Positions 1 to 9,625 of a DNA stretch of 34,140 nucleotides are shown here, in pieces. The notes under the pieces were generated by a model. That model was not told where the DNA came from. It did no database searches and saw only the letters and a program-made list of their open reading frames with translations. The DNA lies in contig CAZWPQ010000023.1 in assembly GCA_964636085.1 (NCBI GenBank), positions 1 through 34,140 of the forward strand, in the 5' to 3' direction. The position numbers were made by a program, and so were the translations under genes. The DNA is from an uncultured Nitrososphaerota archaeon. GTDB lineage: Archaea; Asgardarchaeota; Njordarchaeia; Njordarchaeales; Panguiarchaeaceae. Positions within the stretch are counted from its first letter, which is position 1, and the number at the start of each line of letters is the position of its first letter.

Positions 1-326
1 GCATTGGGTCTAAGCGGAATAAGTCTTGTCGCCTCGATCGTCGCTTCTACTAATATATCCCTCACCCTCGACATTTTTATTGGAAATTCATCACCTATCT
101 CGACAATATAACTTAAGAGCCCGGTATCTTGACATATCGGCAATTTGTGTTCCCGCGCAGCTTTTATATTCTCTAAAATAGCTCCAAGTTGAGCTCTACC
201 AACCTCGCTCTCCTCGGTCTCGTAAGCTCTTCTGATCACTTCCTCAACGTCGGGAGGTATCGATGTCTCGGCCAAGGTTATAGCCTCTATTACTTTCTTC
301 CTTAGGAGATTTTCTAGGTCCCCCAC
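1..326 (-). CDS. Fe-S fumarate hydratase / tartrate dehydratase alpha subunit, N-terminal part (runs off the window edge)
   Basis: Not in the ORF track; translated by hand from GTG at 326 (alternative GTG at 335): MGDLENLLRKKVIEAITLAETSIPPDVEE...LENIKAAREHKLPICQDTG...PLRPN. The PICQDTG and LRPN motifs are characteristic of the family. Confidence 0.9.
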   Translation of the reverse strand, partial: MGDLENLLRKKVIEAITLAETSIPPDVEEVIRRAYETEESEVGRAQLGAILENIKAAREHKLPICQDTGLLSYIVEIGDEFPIKMSRVRDILVEATIEATRLIPLRPN

Positions 327-454
327 TAGAAACACCCATCTCGCACTATAGGGGTAAACTAAAATGGAATTATAGAGTTAGGATATATATAACCTCTCAA
401 GAAATCAGGAGGTATGGTGGGCTATGTTACGTTTTTCACCTATGAAGAAGAACA

Positions 455-1984
455 TCACTTCACACCATGTACGATTGGTACTTCTTTTTCATCCATCGCT
501 TGAGAGAGTACAGCTATCTTCTTCAGTACCCTATCCCAGCTCTCCTTAGCATATATGCAACCCGGATCGGATGCTAGATAATCTCCAAAATAATTGTATG
601 CTCGTGCCCTACAACCACCACAAATGTACTTATATTTACATGTTGAGCATTCTCCCCTTAGTAAATCTCTATTGCGAAGTTCCTCCAACAGCTTATTTTC
701 TTTCCATAATCTCTCAAAGTCGTCTTGCAGGATATTACCAATTTTCTTTCTAAAGAATACACATGGGTATATGTCACCATTAGGTTCAAGCGCAAGATAA
801 ACCCGCCCAGCGCCACAGCCCCCAAGAAACTCTAACATACTCCCAAATCTACTCGATCTTATATCTATTGTGTAGAAGTGCCCAGCCAATTTAGGTCGCT
901 CCCCAATACTCATGGCATATTCGAATGCAACAACGGCATATTGTGGTGCTGTAGATGCCGAGGCAAAACCGTTATATAATTCCCTAGATAGATATGTTAG
1001 TGCCTCCCATCTCTCCTCAGGGGTTAGATCCCAATCAAGTATACCTCTGCCCCTACCTGTTGGTATAAAGTTGAAAGCCATAAACAAATCCGCCCCTAGT
1101 TTTTCCTTAACGAACTTTATCATGTCTGGTATTGTACGATAATTCTTTTTCGTAATAGTCATGGATACCTCTACCTTTATTCCATATTTCTTTAGATTTT
1201 TTATCCCCCTTACAGTCCTTTCCCATGCCCCCTTAACCCCTCTAAACTCATCATGAAATTCAGGGCTCGGAGAGTCCAGACTAACCTGTGCAAAGATCAG
1301 ACCATATTTCGAAAGCTTTTCTGCAACATCCTCGGTAATTAGAGTACCATTAGTGGCCATGGCCGTATAAAGCCCATAATCACTACTCATTCTTAGCACC
1401 TCCCAGAATCCGGGGCCTAGTAATGGTTCCCCACCAGACAATGCTAACATAGCAACACCAGCATCTACCATTGTTTCCAAGGCACGTATTCTCTCTTCTA
1501 CGCTCATCTCGGGCAGGCTTACTCCAGCTGATGCATAGCAATGCTTGCACCTAAGATTACAGCGATAGGTAAAGTCCCATACCACAAGAATTGGGGCGCC
1601 TGAAGTAAAGGGTACTCTCAAGCCAAAATTCTTAAATCCTTTCAATAAACTCGCTATTATCTTCTTTGCGTAGGGGGTTTCTAGAATGTCCAAAAATTCC
1701 CTTTTCTCCACACCAAAAGATCGGAGCAGATTATCCATATACCACCTGAACGGGGGATATATTAGCCTGACAAGCATCGGATAATTATTCTTCTCGCCTC
1801 TGTATCTCGCAAGTAGATGTTCTATATATGTATGTTTCCTTTTATCCTTCCTTAGAAGAAAAGACAATACAGCCCTAGCCAGTGGGCTATCGGCAAATTT
1901 TTTAAGGCCTTTAGAGACCTCCCCCGCGGTCGCTACCCTCCCAATTGTGGGTATTTTCTCATGTATGTTTGCCAAAACAATCAC
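455..1984 (-). CDS. Radical SAM protein with SPASM domain and an N-terminal extension of about 130 aa
   Basis: CNLRCKHC (CxxxCxxC), SGGEPL, TNG, and SPASM cysteines CGAG..YPC..CSTC..CGGC..DPGC. Confidence 0.93.
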   Translation of the reverse strand: MIVLANIHEKIPTIGRVATAGEVSKGLKKFADSPLARAVLSFLLRKDKRKHTYIEHLLARYRGEKNNYPMLVRLIYPPFRWYMDNLLRSFGVEKREFLDILETPYAKKIIASLLKGFKNFGLRVPFTSGAPILVVWDFTYRCNLRCKHCYASAGVSLPEMSVEERIRALETMVDAGVAMLALSGGEPLLGPGFWEVLRMSSDYGLYTAMATNGTLITEDVAEKLSKYGLIFAQVSLDSPSPEFHDEFRGVKGAWERTVRGIKNLKKYGIKVEVSMTITKKNYRTIPDMIKFVKEKLGADLFMAFNFIPTGRGRGILDWDLTPEERWEALTYLSRELYNGFASASTAPQYAVVAFEYAMSIGERPKLAGHFYTIDIRSSRFGSMLEFLGGCGAGRVYLALEPNGDIYPCVFFRKKIGNILQDDFERLWKENKLLEELRNRDLLRGECSTCKYKYICGGCRARAYNYFGDYLASDPGCIYAKESWDRVLKKIAVLSQAMDEKEVPIVHGVK

Positions 1985-2316
1985 CAGTGATACTAAAGAG
2001 CCGACATCATTACAATCACTTTTATTGTGTATTTAAATCAATAACCAAAGTTAATGACCGATGATACCTTCGTTAATGGTGTATTCTTGCTACAGAACTT
2101 TCGTTGTTGACGAATACCCACATTTTTTATATTCCAAAATAATCAGAACGGAAAGTGCTGAAAGAAAAATATTATGCCCTAGGAATAATTTCCATGCGTC
2201 TTTGTGATATCTTCTTTAAGGTTGTATGATTTTTCTCAAATGTTTATTATATTTTTTTATCTATACTGATAATGACTAACTATAACTATCATATGGGCAG
2301 TGGCTAGGAGTCCCAA

Positions 2317-2913
2317 ATGGCTTTCCAACAAGGGCACCTTGTACGTGTCAAAGTCGTGTTTATCGGTAATGATGCCGTTGGTAAGACCTCTATAGCTAAG
2401 AGGTATCTTGGTCATGGTTTCGATGTTAAATATAAGAGTACCATCGGTGCTGACTTCTACATAAAAAAAGATAGCTATAGTTTTTCCAAGTTTGGGACAT
2501 ATCAGATTGAGTGGATGATATGGGATCTGGCTGGGCAGGAGTATTTCAATGTTATCCGCCCGATATACTACCATAAGGCCCGAGCCGCTATTCTTGTTTT
2601 TGATGTCTCTAGACCAGATACCTTCAGATCTTTACCCAAATGGATTAAGGAGTTCTGGAAGTACTCTGGGGGGATCTACCCCTTCATAATAGTGGGGAAT
2701 AAGATAGATCTTCGCAATGAGGTTCCCTGCTTGACACCTGAGTATGGTAAAAAGTACTCGGAGACATTATCCAGGCAGTTAGGTTTTCCGATCCCATATG
2801 TTGAGACCTCAGCCAAGACGGGACACAATATAGATAAAGCTTTCTATACGCTTGCACATACCATAATCCAATACGCTATTTCTAAGACCCGTCAGGCTGG
2901 TTCTTCCTTATAG
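2317..2913 (+). CDS. Ras-superfamily (Rab-like) small GTPase
   Basis: G1 GNDAVGKTS, G2 STIGADF, G3 WDLAGQE, G4 NKID, G5 ETSAK; no C-terminal prenylation cysteine. Confidence 0.95.
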   Translation: MAFQQGHLVRVKVVFIGNDAVGKTSIAKRYLGHGFDVKYKSTIGADFYIKKDSYSFSKFGTYQIEWMIWDLAGQEYFNVIRPIYYHKARAAILVFDVSRPDTFRSLPKWIKEFWKYSGGIYPFIIVGNKIDLRNEVPCLTPEYGKKYSETLSRQLGFPIPYVETSAKTGHNIDKAFYTLAHTIIQYAISKTRQAGSSL

Positions 2914-2939
2914 CTTTTTTGGCTTTTCTTGTGGTATTA

Positions 2940-4085
2940 ATGGATAAAGCCATTCTCGTACGATTGGCGGGAGAGATAACATTAAAGGCACCAAGTGTTG
3001 TGGGACATTGGATTTCTATCCTTATAAACAACATTAAGAAATATGCTAGAAGAAAAAATATCGGTATTGACTCTATAGCATATAGGGAAGGGAGAATTAT
3101 AATAGAATCCAGCAACCCAAACAAACTATGTGCTGAGCTAAAAAAAGTATTTGGGATACAGGAGGCGGTCGTATGTTGTCGCGTGGATAATGATATTGAA
3201 ACTATATCCGCAATAGCGATTAAGCTAAGTAAGAACTGGAGCGGTACATTTGCTGTAAGAACAAATAGGGTGTACAAAGATTTTCCATATACTAGTCTCC
3301 AAGTCAATTCAATAGTGGGGGAGAGAATTCTCAGAGCAAATAAGGATCTAAAAGTTGACCTATCCAATCCACAAAACCTACTATTCATCGAAATAAGACG
3401 AGAGGGAACCTATATTTACTTAGACAGAATCCATGGATGGGGCGGACTTCCTTATGGAGTTTCTGGTCGTGGAGTAGCACTTGTATCAGGCGGCATAGAT
3501 AGCACATTGGCGGCGTGGATGATGATGAAAAGAGGTGCCAAAATAATAGCACTTCACATTGATATGTCTCCCTTTTATAGCCGAGAGGCTAAGAGTAGAT
3601 TTATGGAAGTCATAAACTGGCTAGCCGATTGGGCCCCAGAGGGCCATATAAGGGCATATATTGTCCCCCTCGGCAAGATCCACTCAAAGTTAAGACTTCC
3701 TGACGAGAAATATAGATGCATATTTTGCAAAATGCTGATGCTTAAAACCGCAGAGTTTATAGCAAATAGGGAGAGAGCAACCTTCATAATAACTGGCGAA
3801 GTATTATCACAAGTAGCATCTCAGACCCCCGAAAATTTAGTGGTTATAGATTCTATTGCTAGTATACCTATACTAAGGCCACTTATCAGTATGGATAAGG
3901 CCGAGATAGATGACATGGCGAGAAGAATTAACGTATATAATATCGTTGCAAAGAACGTTGGAAAATGCAAACTTGTACCGAAAAAACCAGCGGTCAGAAC
4001 CCCCGCCAGTATTGAGGAAAAACTGAAAAAGATTATTGAAGAAATAGACCTATCAAAAGTCATTGAGGATTCCACAGTATTATAG
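2940..4085 (+). CDS. thiI: tRNA 4-thiouridine(8) synthase ThiI (THUMP + PP-loop, no rhodanese domain)
   Basis: GEITLK, VDLSNP, GGLPYG, SGGIDS PP-loop, QVASQT, and CIFC plus a distal Cys as in Fe-S-type archaeal ThiI. ATG at 2940 preferred over TTG at 2919. Confidence 0.93.
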   Translation: MDKAILVRLAGEITLKAPSVVGHWISILINNIKKYARRKNIGIDSIAYREGRIIIESSNPNKLCAELKKVFGIQEAVVCCRVDNDIETISAIAIKLSKNWSGTFAVRTNRVYKDFPYTSLQVNSIVGERILRANKDLKVDLSNPQNLLFIEIRREGTYIYLDRIHGWGGLPYGVSGRGVALVSGGIDSTLAAWMMMKRGAKIIALHIDMSPFYSREAKSRFMEVINWLADWAPEGHIRAYIVPLGKIHSKLRLPDEKYRCIFCKMLMLKTAEFIANRERATFIITGEVLSQVASQTPENLVVIDSIASIPILRPLISMDKAEIDDMARRINVYNIVAKNVGKCKLVPKKPAVRTPASIEEKLKKIIEEIDLSKVIEDSTVL

Positions 4086-4136
4086 TACTAAGACAAAGTC
4101 CATACGATTTATACATAAACGTGAATATGAGACATG

Positions 4137-4161
4137 TTCCCATTTTACTATAAAATGGGAA
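4137..4161. promoter_or_regulatory. Perfect 11-bp inverted repeat (operator or terminator candidate)
   Basis: TTCCCATTTTA-cta-TAAAATGGGAA lies downstream of thiI and upstream of the TA locus. The palindrome is seen directly; its function is inferred. Confidence 0.4.
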
Positions 4162-4217
4162 GATGGACACGCAACCGACCCTCAAAATATGATGAATCAA
4201 AAGTGCTTTACTCCGGA

Positions 4218-4323
4218 ATATTAGAGAAGCTAAAGGGGGTTTTGTCTTCGTGGATTGGGGAAGATTTCTACTTATGTTGTTGAGGAGTATGAGAAATTCT
4301 CAAGAGAAAGAGCATTTAAGTAG
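4218..4323 (+). pseudogene. Possible frameshifted antitoxin remnant
   Basis: Three frames join to ILEKLKG / VDWGRFLLML / EEYEKFSRERAFK*, which resembles archaeal VapB-type antitoxins. Confidence 0.35.
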
Positions 4324-4389
4324 CTTATGGATGTTGGAATTCAGGAAAAATTATAAAATTTTATATTTTTATAATTTTATGGATTTATA

Positions 4390-4605
4390 ATGGTGATATG
4401 GGTGAGTGTGACTACCGTGGCTGTGTCTCGGGATTTGAAGGCTAAGCTTATGGAGCTAAAGATCTCAGAGAATGCCAAATCACTTGACGAGCTATTGAGG
4501 AGAATGCTCATCATATATAAAAAGTATAGGTTCCTAGAAGCAAGCATGAAAGTTAGAAAAAGAATGCATGAGCTAGGGATAAGTCTAGAGGAACTCATAG
4601 AATGA
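4390..4605 (+). CDS. VapB-type antitoxin
   Basis: 71 aa, with an RHH-like N-terminus (TTVAVSRDLKAKLMELK..SLDELLRRML); 4-nt overlap with the downstream PIN gene. Confidence 0.75.
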   Translation: MVIWVSVTTVAVSRDLKAKLMELKISENAKSLDELLRRMLIIYKKYRFLEASMKVRKRMHELGISLEELIE

Positions 4606-5090
4606 CTAGGATATTTGTGATAATCGATACAAACGTCATATTTTCTGCCCTATATAAGCCAGAATCAAATCCTGGGCTAATACTACTTTTGGGGATACTT
4701 GACAAACTCGAATTAGTTGCACCAATGACCGTCCGCAGAGAAATATATGAGAAGCTTGTCGAGAAATTAGGATTCAGCAACCAAGAAGCACTAGACATAA
4801 TCTCAGCACTACCAATCCGATGGATTGAAGACGAAGTAATTCAGGATATCCTTCCCAACGCATTAGAAATCGTAAGAGATAAAGATGACGCCCCAATGGT
4901 GGCCCTCCAAATCCTTGCTGGATACCCCATAATAACAGGGGATAGTGAGCTATTAGGGAATAAAAATATCCACACGTACTCACCACGTCATTTCCTAGAA
5001 ACACTTATTAAAAGCGGCATAATAAGTAGTAGGGATCTTGATAAACTAAAGAAAGATATCAAACTAATAGAAGCACTAATAAAAACCTAG
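4602..5090 (+). CDS. PIN-domain (VapC-type) ribonuclease toxin
   Basis: IIDTNVIFSAL, E (RREI), RDKDDAP, ITGDSEL acidic PIN motifs. Confidence 0.9.
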   Translation: MTRIFVIIDTNVIFSALYKPESNPGLILLLGILDKLELVAPMTVRREIYEKLVEKLGFSNQEALDIISALPIRWIEDEVIQDILPNALEIVRDKDDAPMVALQILAGYPIITGDSELLGNKNIHTYSPRHFLETLIKSGIISSRDLDKLKKDIKLIEALIKT

Positions 5091-5415
5091 AATAGCGAGG
5101 TACCGTTGGACATCTCTTAAATCTCTAGATATATTAGAGGTAGCTTAAAAGTGGCAAGAAATAATATTAACTCTACCTCCAAAAAACGACACATTAACCA
5201 ATAAACAATATACATGAGACAAAATATTAAACAAACGAATTTCCATCTCAAGCTATGAGCGGAGAAAGCACACATATAGGCTGAAAACCCAAACACCCAA
5301 TGTTGGTGTCCCAACAAGATGAAATATGAAAAGTCGTGGGAAGCGTGCCAGATAAAAATGTATTTTTCATCACTGTTGTTTATAAACACATAAGATACAT
5401 ACAATATAACAAGTA

Positions 5416-5657
5416 ATGCTGACGGTTTCAGGTCTGTCCTGTGTAGGACACTACACGAACCCTCATGTAAAAAGCGTTTCAAATATCTGACACAAATTTT
5501 ATTGCTGAGGGTTAGGTGGGATAGAGACACTATCTTCGGTACACCTACTTTTAGTCATATGCTATGTTTAGTATGCGTTATTATCGCTCGCTCATTGTTG
5601 AGCGTTTTGTTGAATAGGACAGATGGATAAGCATGAGACAGACAGAACAAACAGCAT
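5416..5657. other. Multi-stem intergenic element (candidate structured ncRNA or degenerate MITE)
   Basis: At least six mutually compatible helices found by eye in a 680-bp gene-free gap (see findings). Confidence 0.35.
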
Positions 5658-5768
5658 CTAGATTTAGATTGAACAGAGATAACCTCCATGAAGGACTAAA
5701 TTTTCTATCTGACGTAAGTAAAAAATGGTACTTAAAAACTGACGTGTAGAAAAAATGAAGGTGCTAGG

Positions 5769-7439
5769 CTAGAAAAAGTATCCGTGTTCTTCTCTTGGTC
5801 TTCTTAAATAATAAATTATTAATACAGCCACAACGGCGCAGACGACAACAATAACTACTGTTATATTTATTTTTCCCTCTCCAGGAGCCGCGGTATCAAC
5901 TATGACTGTGGTTGTAGTTGGATAATCCTGAGGATCGCTTGGATCTGTGCCATACTCTACCTCTTCATAATCACTCCATCCATCGTCATCGGTGTCATTG
6001 TCCGTTGGATCTATACCATGATTTACCTCCCATCCATCCGCTAATCCATCATTGTCTGTGTCATAGTCCATTGGATTCGTGCTCTGTTGATATTCCTCAA
6101 GGTTAGTTAGCCCATCGCCATCGTTGTCGTCTGAGGAATCGTCCATAGAGGGATTCAAACCATGTTCCACCTCCCAACCGTCGGGAATTCCATCGTGATC
6201 CGTATCGCTACTCGTGGCATCTGTTCCTAGCGCCTCCTCAAAGAGGTCATGTAGCCCATCTGCATCGCTATCTTCTATGTCATACAACGAGATGCGATCT
6301 ATTAATGGTCTAGTATCATTAACGCATGTGTCGGTGTATGGTGTTTCTCCTACGCCATCATGATCGCTATCACTACCAGTATAGTCGTCCCAGTAGTTGC
6401 CTAGTTTGTTTATATGAATGTATCCTCCGTATGTATATCTTATGTCGTTGATCGAGATCCATCGGTTAACCTCGCTACGATAACAATAGTATTGTTGGGA
6501 GTTGTCAATAAAGTTGTTGAAGGATATTCTATTATCTTCAGAGTATTCACTCAATTGTATACCCTCATCACCATTATTTCGTATAGTGTTACCATATATC
6601 CTGTTATACTTAGCAAAGACGTCACAACATATGCCGTCTCCATCATTGCTATAGATATTATTCCCGTAAATAATGTTGTAGTCTCCAGCGTATATGTATA
6701 TACCATCATCACCATTATATCGTATAGTATTGTTGAGTATGTAGTTGTAGGATCCTCTTATATCCATGCCGCGTCCATAGTTTTCTTGGATGGTGTTGTC
6801 GCAGATATAGTTGTACATCCCACCTAGTATGAGTAATCCATCGATGTTATTATACTCGAATGTATTTCCGCAAATAAAATCATAATTACTATAGGTGCCA
6901 ATATATATTCCGTAGTAGTTATGGTGAATCTTCGCGTTTATTATGACTGCATAGCTCGTGTTTATCCATAGGCCTGTTTTATCGCCAAAGTCACCCTCTG
7001 TGTATCCAGCATAGCTTATTTCGCTATTCTCAATGTGTAGTTTTGCACCATAAAACACCCTGATATAATAGTTGTATTCCGTATTGTATGCCGTTATCTT
7101 AGATTCTACTATTGTTATATTTCCATATACATCGATCCTATATTGTCCATCGCTATCTAGATTCATGTATATCTCGCTATTCAACAGGATTAGTTCCCCC
7201 GTGCTCGTGACTATTATGCTTCCATTCACGATTAACGTATCATCTTTAATTATTGTCTTTTCATCTATTATCCAGTCCCCAGAAACTGGTGGTGCACTAG
7301 AGATATGAGAATTCTCGTATATACTTGGAATCCCAGAGACGGAAATTTCCACCCCTATGTGTTTATAATGAGTACCATCATTGGGATAAGTTGACAAGAA
7401 AAGGATCATGGCCATAAGAATAGTAATACATCGACCCAT
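5769..7439 (-). CDS. Membrane-anchored surface protein: NosD/CASH parallel beta-helix, Ca-binding DxDxDG repeats, C-terminal TM helix
   Basis: N-terminal signal-like segment; N-x-I-x-G-N-x-I-x-x-N repeats; GNYWDDY; repeats DSDADGL, DTDHDGIPDGWE, DNDGDGLTNLEE; Thr-rich linker; TM helix followed by RRPR. Confidence 0.88.
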   Translation of the reverse strand: MGRCITILMAMILFLSTYPNDGTHYKHIGVEISVSGIPSIYENSHISSAPPVSGDWIIDEKTIIKDDTLIVNGSIIVTSTGELILLNSEIYMNLDSDGQYRIDVYGNITIVESKITAYNTEYNYYIRVFYGAKLHIENSEISYAGYTEGDFGDKTGLWINTSYAVIINAKIHHNYYGIYIGTYSNYDFICGNTFEYNNIDGLLILGGMYNYICDNTIQENYGRGMDIRGSYNYILNNTIRYNGDDGIYIYAGDYNIIYGNNIYSNDGDGICCDVFAKYNRIYGNTIRNNGDEGIQLSEYSEDNRISFNNFIDNSQQYYCYRSEVNRWISINDIRYTYGGYIHINKLGNYWDDYTGSDSDHDGVGETPYTDTCVNDTRPLIDRISLYDIEDSDADGLHDLFEEALGTDATSSDTDHDGIPDGWEVEHGLNPSMDDSSDDNDGDGLTNLEEYQQSTNPMDYDTDNDGLADGWEVNHGIDPTDNDTDDDGWSDYEEVEYGTDPSDPQDYPTTTTVIVDTAAPGEGKINITVVIVVVCAVVAVLIIYYLRRPREEHGYFF

Positions 7440-7820
7440 ATATAAGCACCATGCTCTATCTACTGAGAGTCCAGGAAGGAATCATCAGACTTGGAGGATA
7501 CAACGATGTACCCTCCACAAATTTCGATTATATTGAAATAAATATATATAATATATATATCAGAATACCAAAGCCTATGGGAACAATGAGTGATAATTCG
7601 TGCATCGACCGGGCTTCTACGGAATCTAATGCACATAAAACTTAAGACGGAGAACCAATTTATAGCACTTAGATAAAATAAGACTTTTGGTATAAAACCT
7701 ACAAAGTCGCCGAATGGCGGTGGAAGGTTGCATTAGAAATCCCACCGATATCACGCATGACAAAGTTTTTTGATGTATAGAAAAGTTCTTCTAGTAGTAC
7801 CAAAAAATGCTTAGGAGGCA

Positions 7821-8372
7821 TCATTCTCTATTTCCAAATACCTTAGCAATACTTAGAGATAGCTTGTCTAGGTATTGTGTTTTTGCATCTATTAGTTCTG
7901 CGTGATGAATCATTATTTTTCGTTTTAGCTTCTGTATCCTGAGAAAACTTTCGAGTGCTTCTCTAAGGTCTACTTTTTCTGCCATTTTGACTATTTGTTC
8001 TAGCTCTCTAAGCAATATTTTCACATCACTAATGATGAGCTCTCTTATTTCCTCGAACGATGTGATCCCCTCATAGAAGTCTAGTATATGGATCCTATAC
8101 GCAAGCTTATCATATAGATCAAGCACCCTCTTTTTATTTATGTTTCTTAGAAAATCAAAAAACAGGGGTAGGCCTATATTTACTGTTTTCGCATATTGAT
8201 ATGGTATTTTTGCGGCTACTAAGACTGCTTTTCGCATGGTCTCTACCGCACGCCAAGCTTTTTCAGCGGTGTCATAATAATCTTCATGCTCGAGGAGCTC
8301 CAGAGCTTTCTCAAAACTCGCTTTAGCATCAGCGATAAGGTCGCTAACATTAGGATAATCATTATTAATCAT
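7821..8372 (-). CDS. PaREP1 / HEPN-superfamily protein with C-terminal helical extension
   Basis: YYDTAEKAWRAVE and RIHILDFYEG match PaREP1-type motifs. Confidence 0.75.
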   Translation of the reverse strand: MINNDYPNVSDLIADAKASFEKALELLEHEDYYDTAEKAWRAVETMRKAVLVAAKIPYQYAKTVNIGLPLFFDFLRNINKKRVLDLYDKLAYRIHILDFYEGITSFEEIRELIISDVKILLRELEQIVKMAEKVDLREALESFLRIQKLKRKIMIHHAELIDAKTQYLDKLSLSIAKVFGNRE

Positions 8373-8530
8373 GGATTACACCTACAAATATAACATCGCA
8401 TAGGTATTTTATAACTGTTTGAATTGTCTTTATGTTTAAAGAAGTGTTGAGTTTTTATTTCTCAGTGTTGTTTTGTGTCATCATTTGGTTCAGATGACCC
8501 TCTTCTCATCCTCGATAATTATATGAAAAT

Positions 8531-9625
8531 TCATAGTATTAAATCTAGTTGGAAGTCGAAGTCTGAGTTCATGTCTATGGATTTCATTGGGAGTAGCGTG
8601 AGGAGGAATTTCAATATCTGGCTTGGGTCAAAACTGTATAATAGTCTTCTTAGTAGCATCATGAAGCCAATGTTGGTTCCGAAAGTTCTCCTCCAGATAG
8701 CATCATAGTTTTTCAGTGGAAACCCACATTCTAGGTGTTTCTTTATGACATTTGCAAGAATTGCGGCTGATAATCCCCCTATAATGACCCCTCCACCTGT
8801 GGTTGGCTTTGTTTGTCCAACGGCATCTCCAACACCAACTATATTTCCAAATGTAAACTTCTTGTAGGGACCATTAACGTGGACGAGTCCACCAAATTTT
8901 TTGACTTCCCTGATTCTATGGAAGTACCTTCGCGCGAGAGATCTAAGAAAACGATATTTGTTTCTTATGAGTTTGCTGGCAACTCCAATTCTTGCAGTTG
9001 AATGATTCAGCGGGATTATCCAGGAGAAAAAATCGGGAACATTAAAAAATATGTCGACGGTATCGATATCCCCAATTTCTCCCACATTAATGTCCATCTG
9101 CATTGCTGGTATAGATTCCAAAATTTTGTCCCCGACAAAGTTTCTCAAGAGTACTCTCTTGGCCCCTTCAGCATCTATAATAACCTTTGCGTCTTCATAC
9201 TCGGTATTTATCTTGACCCCATTTATCAGTAATTTTTGGACTTTCTTTCCTAGGACAAAGGATGCACCTTTATCCATAGCCTTGCCAGCAATTAAATTGT
9301 CTAACCCTGGCCGGTCGATTACCCCGACTATTGTGCTCCTAATGTTGAATATCCTTGATTTTCCCCCAGCATGTACTCTGGCTCGTCTTATCTTATTTAC
9401 GACAAGCCCTTCTCTTCTTACATAGTCGAGTATTCCTAATCTTCTCAGACCAGAAAAACTTATAAGTCCAGCACAGTGTTCTGGATAACCAATATTTTTG
9501 TCCTCCTCAATAACTCTTGCTGATACCCCGTATCTAGATAAGAGATATGCTACGAAGGAGCCGACAAAACCAGCCCCAACAATGATTACTTCATACAAAA
9601 AAACCACAAAATCATACTTAACCAT
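8531..9625 (-). CDS. Geranylgeranyl reductase family FAD oxidoreductase
   Basis: VGAGFVG, EHCAG, IDRPGLD, IDAEG, WIIP, GDAVGQTKPTTGGG. The true start may be TTG at 9598. Confidence 0.88.
   Translation of the reverse strand: MVKYDFVVFLYEVIIVGAGFVGSFVAYLLSRYGVSARVIEEDKNIGYPEHCAGLISFSGLRRLGILDYVRREGLVVNKIRRARVHAGGKSRIFNIRSTIVGVIDRPGLDNLIAGKAMDKGASFVLGKKVQKLLINGVKINTEYEDAKVIIDAEGAKRVLLRNFVGDKILESIPAMQMDINVGEIGDIDTVDIFFNVPDFFSWIIPLNHSTARIGVASKLIRNKYRFLRSLARRYFHRIREVKKFGGLVHVNGPYKKFTFGNIVGVGDAVGQTKPTTGGGVIIGGLSAAILANVIKKHLECGFPLKNYDAIWRRTFGTNIGFMMLLRRLLYSFDPSQILKFLLTLLPMKSIDMNSDFDFQLDLIL

Noticed and set aside
1985-2316. Possible RiPP precursor upstream of the radical SAM/SPASM gene
   Set aside because: No convincing small ORF; the region looks like an AT-rich divergent promoter.
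4137-4161. Palindrome as a Xer dif site
   Set aside because: The spacer is 3 bp, not the 6 bp expected between 11-bp arms.
4189-4260. ATGATGA box C motifs here and near 15636 as C/D sRNAs
   Set aside because: No CTGA box D at a suitable distance.
5117-5530. 137-aa minus-strand ORF
   Set aside because: Phe/Cys/Tyr-rich composition mirrors an A-rich opposite strand; no motif or RBS; probably spurious.
7451-7760. 64-aa ORF, TA-rich run and a CGGTGG/CCACCG hairpin
   Set aside because: The ORF crosses a low-complexity promoter-like tract; a single 6-bp stem is not distinguishable from chance.
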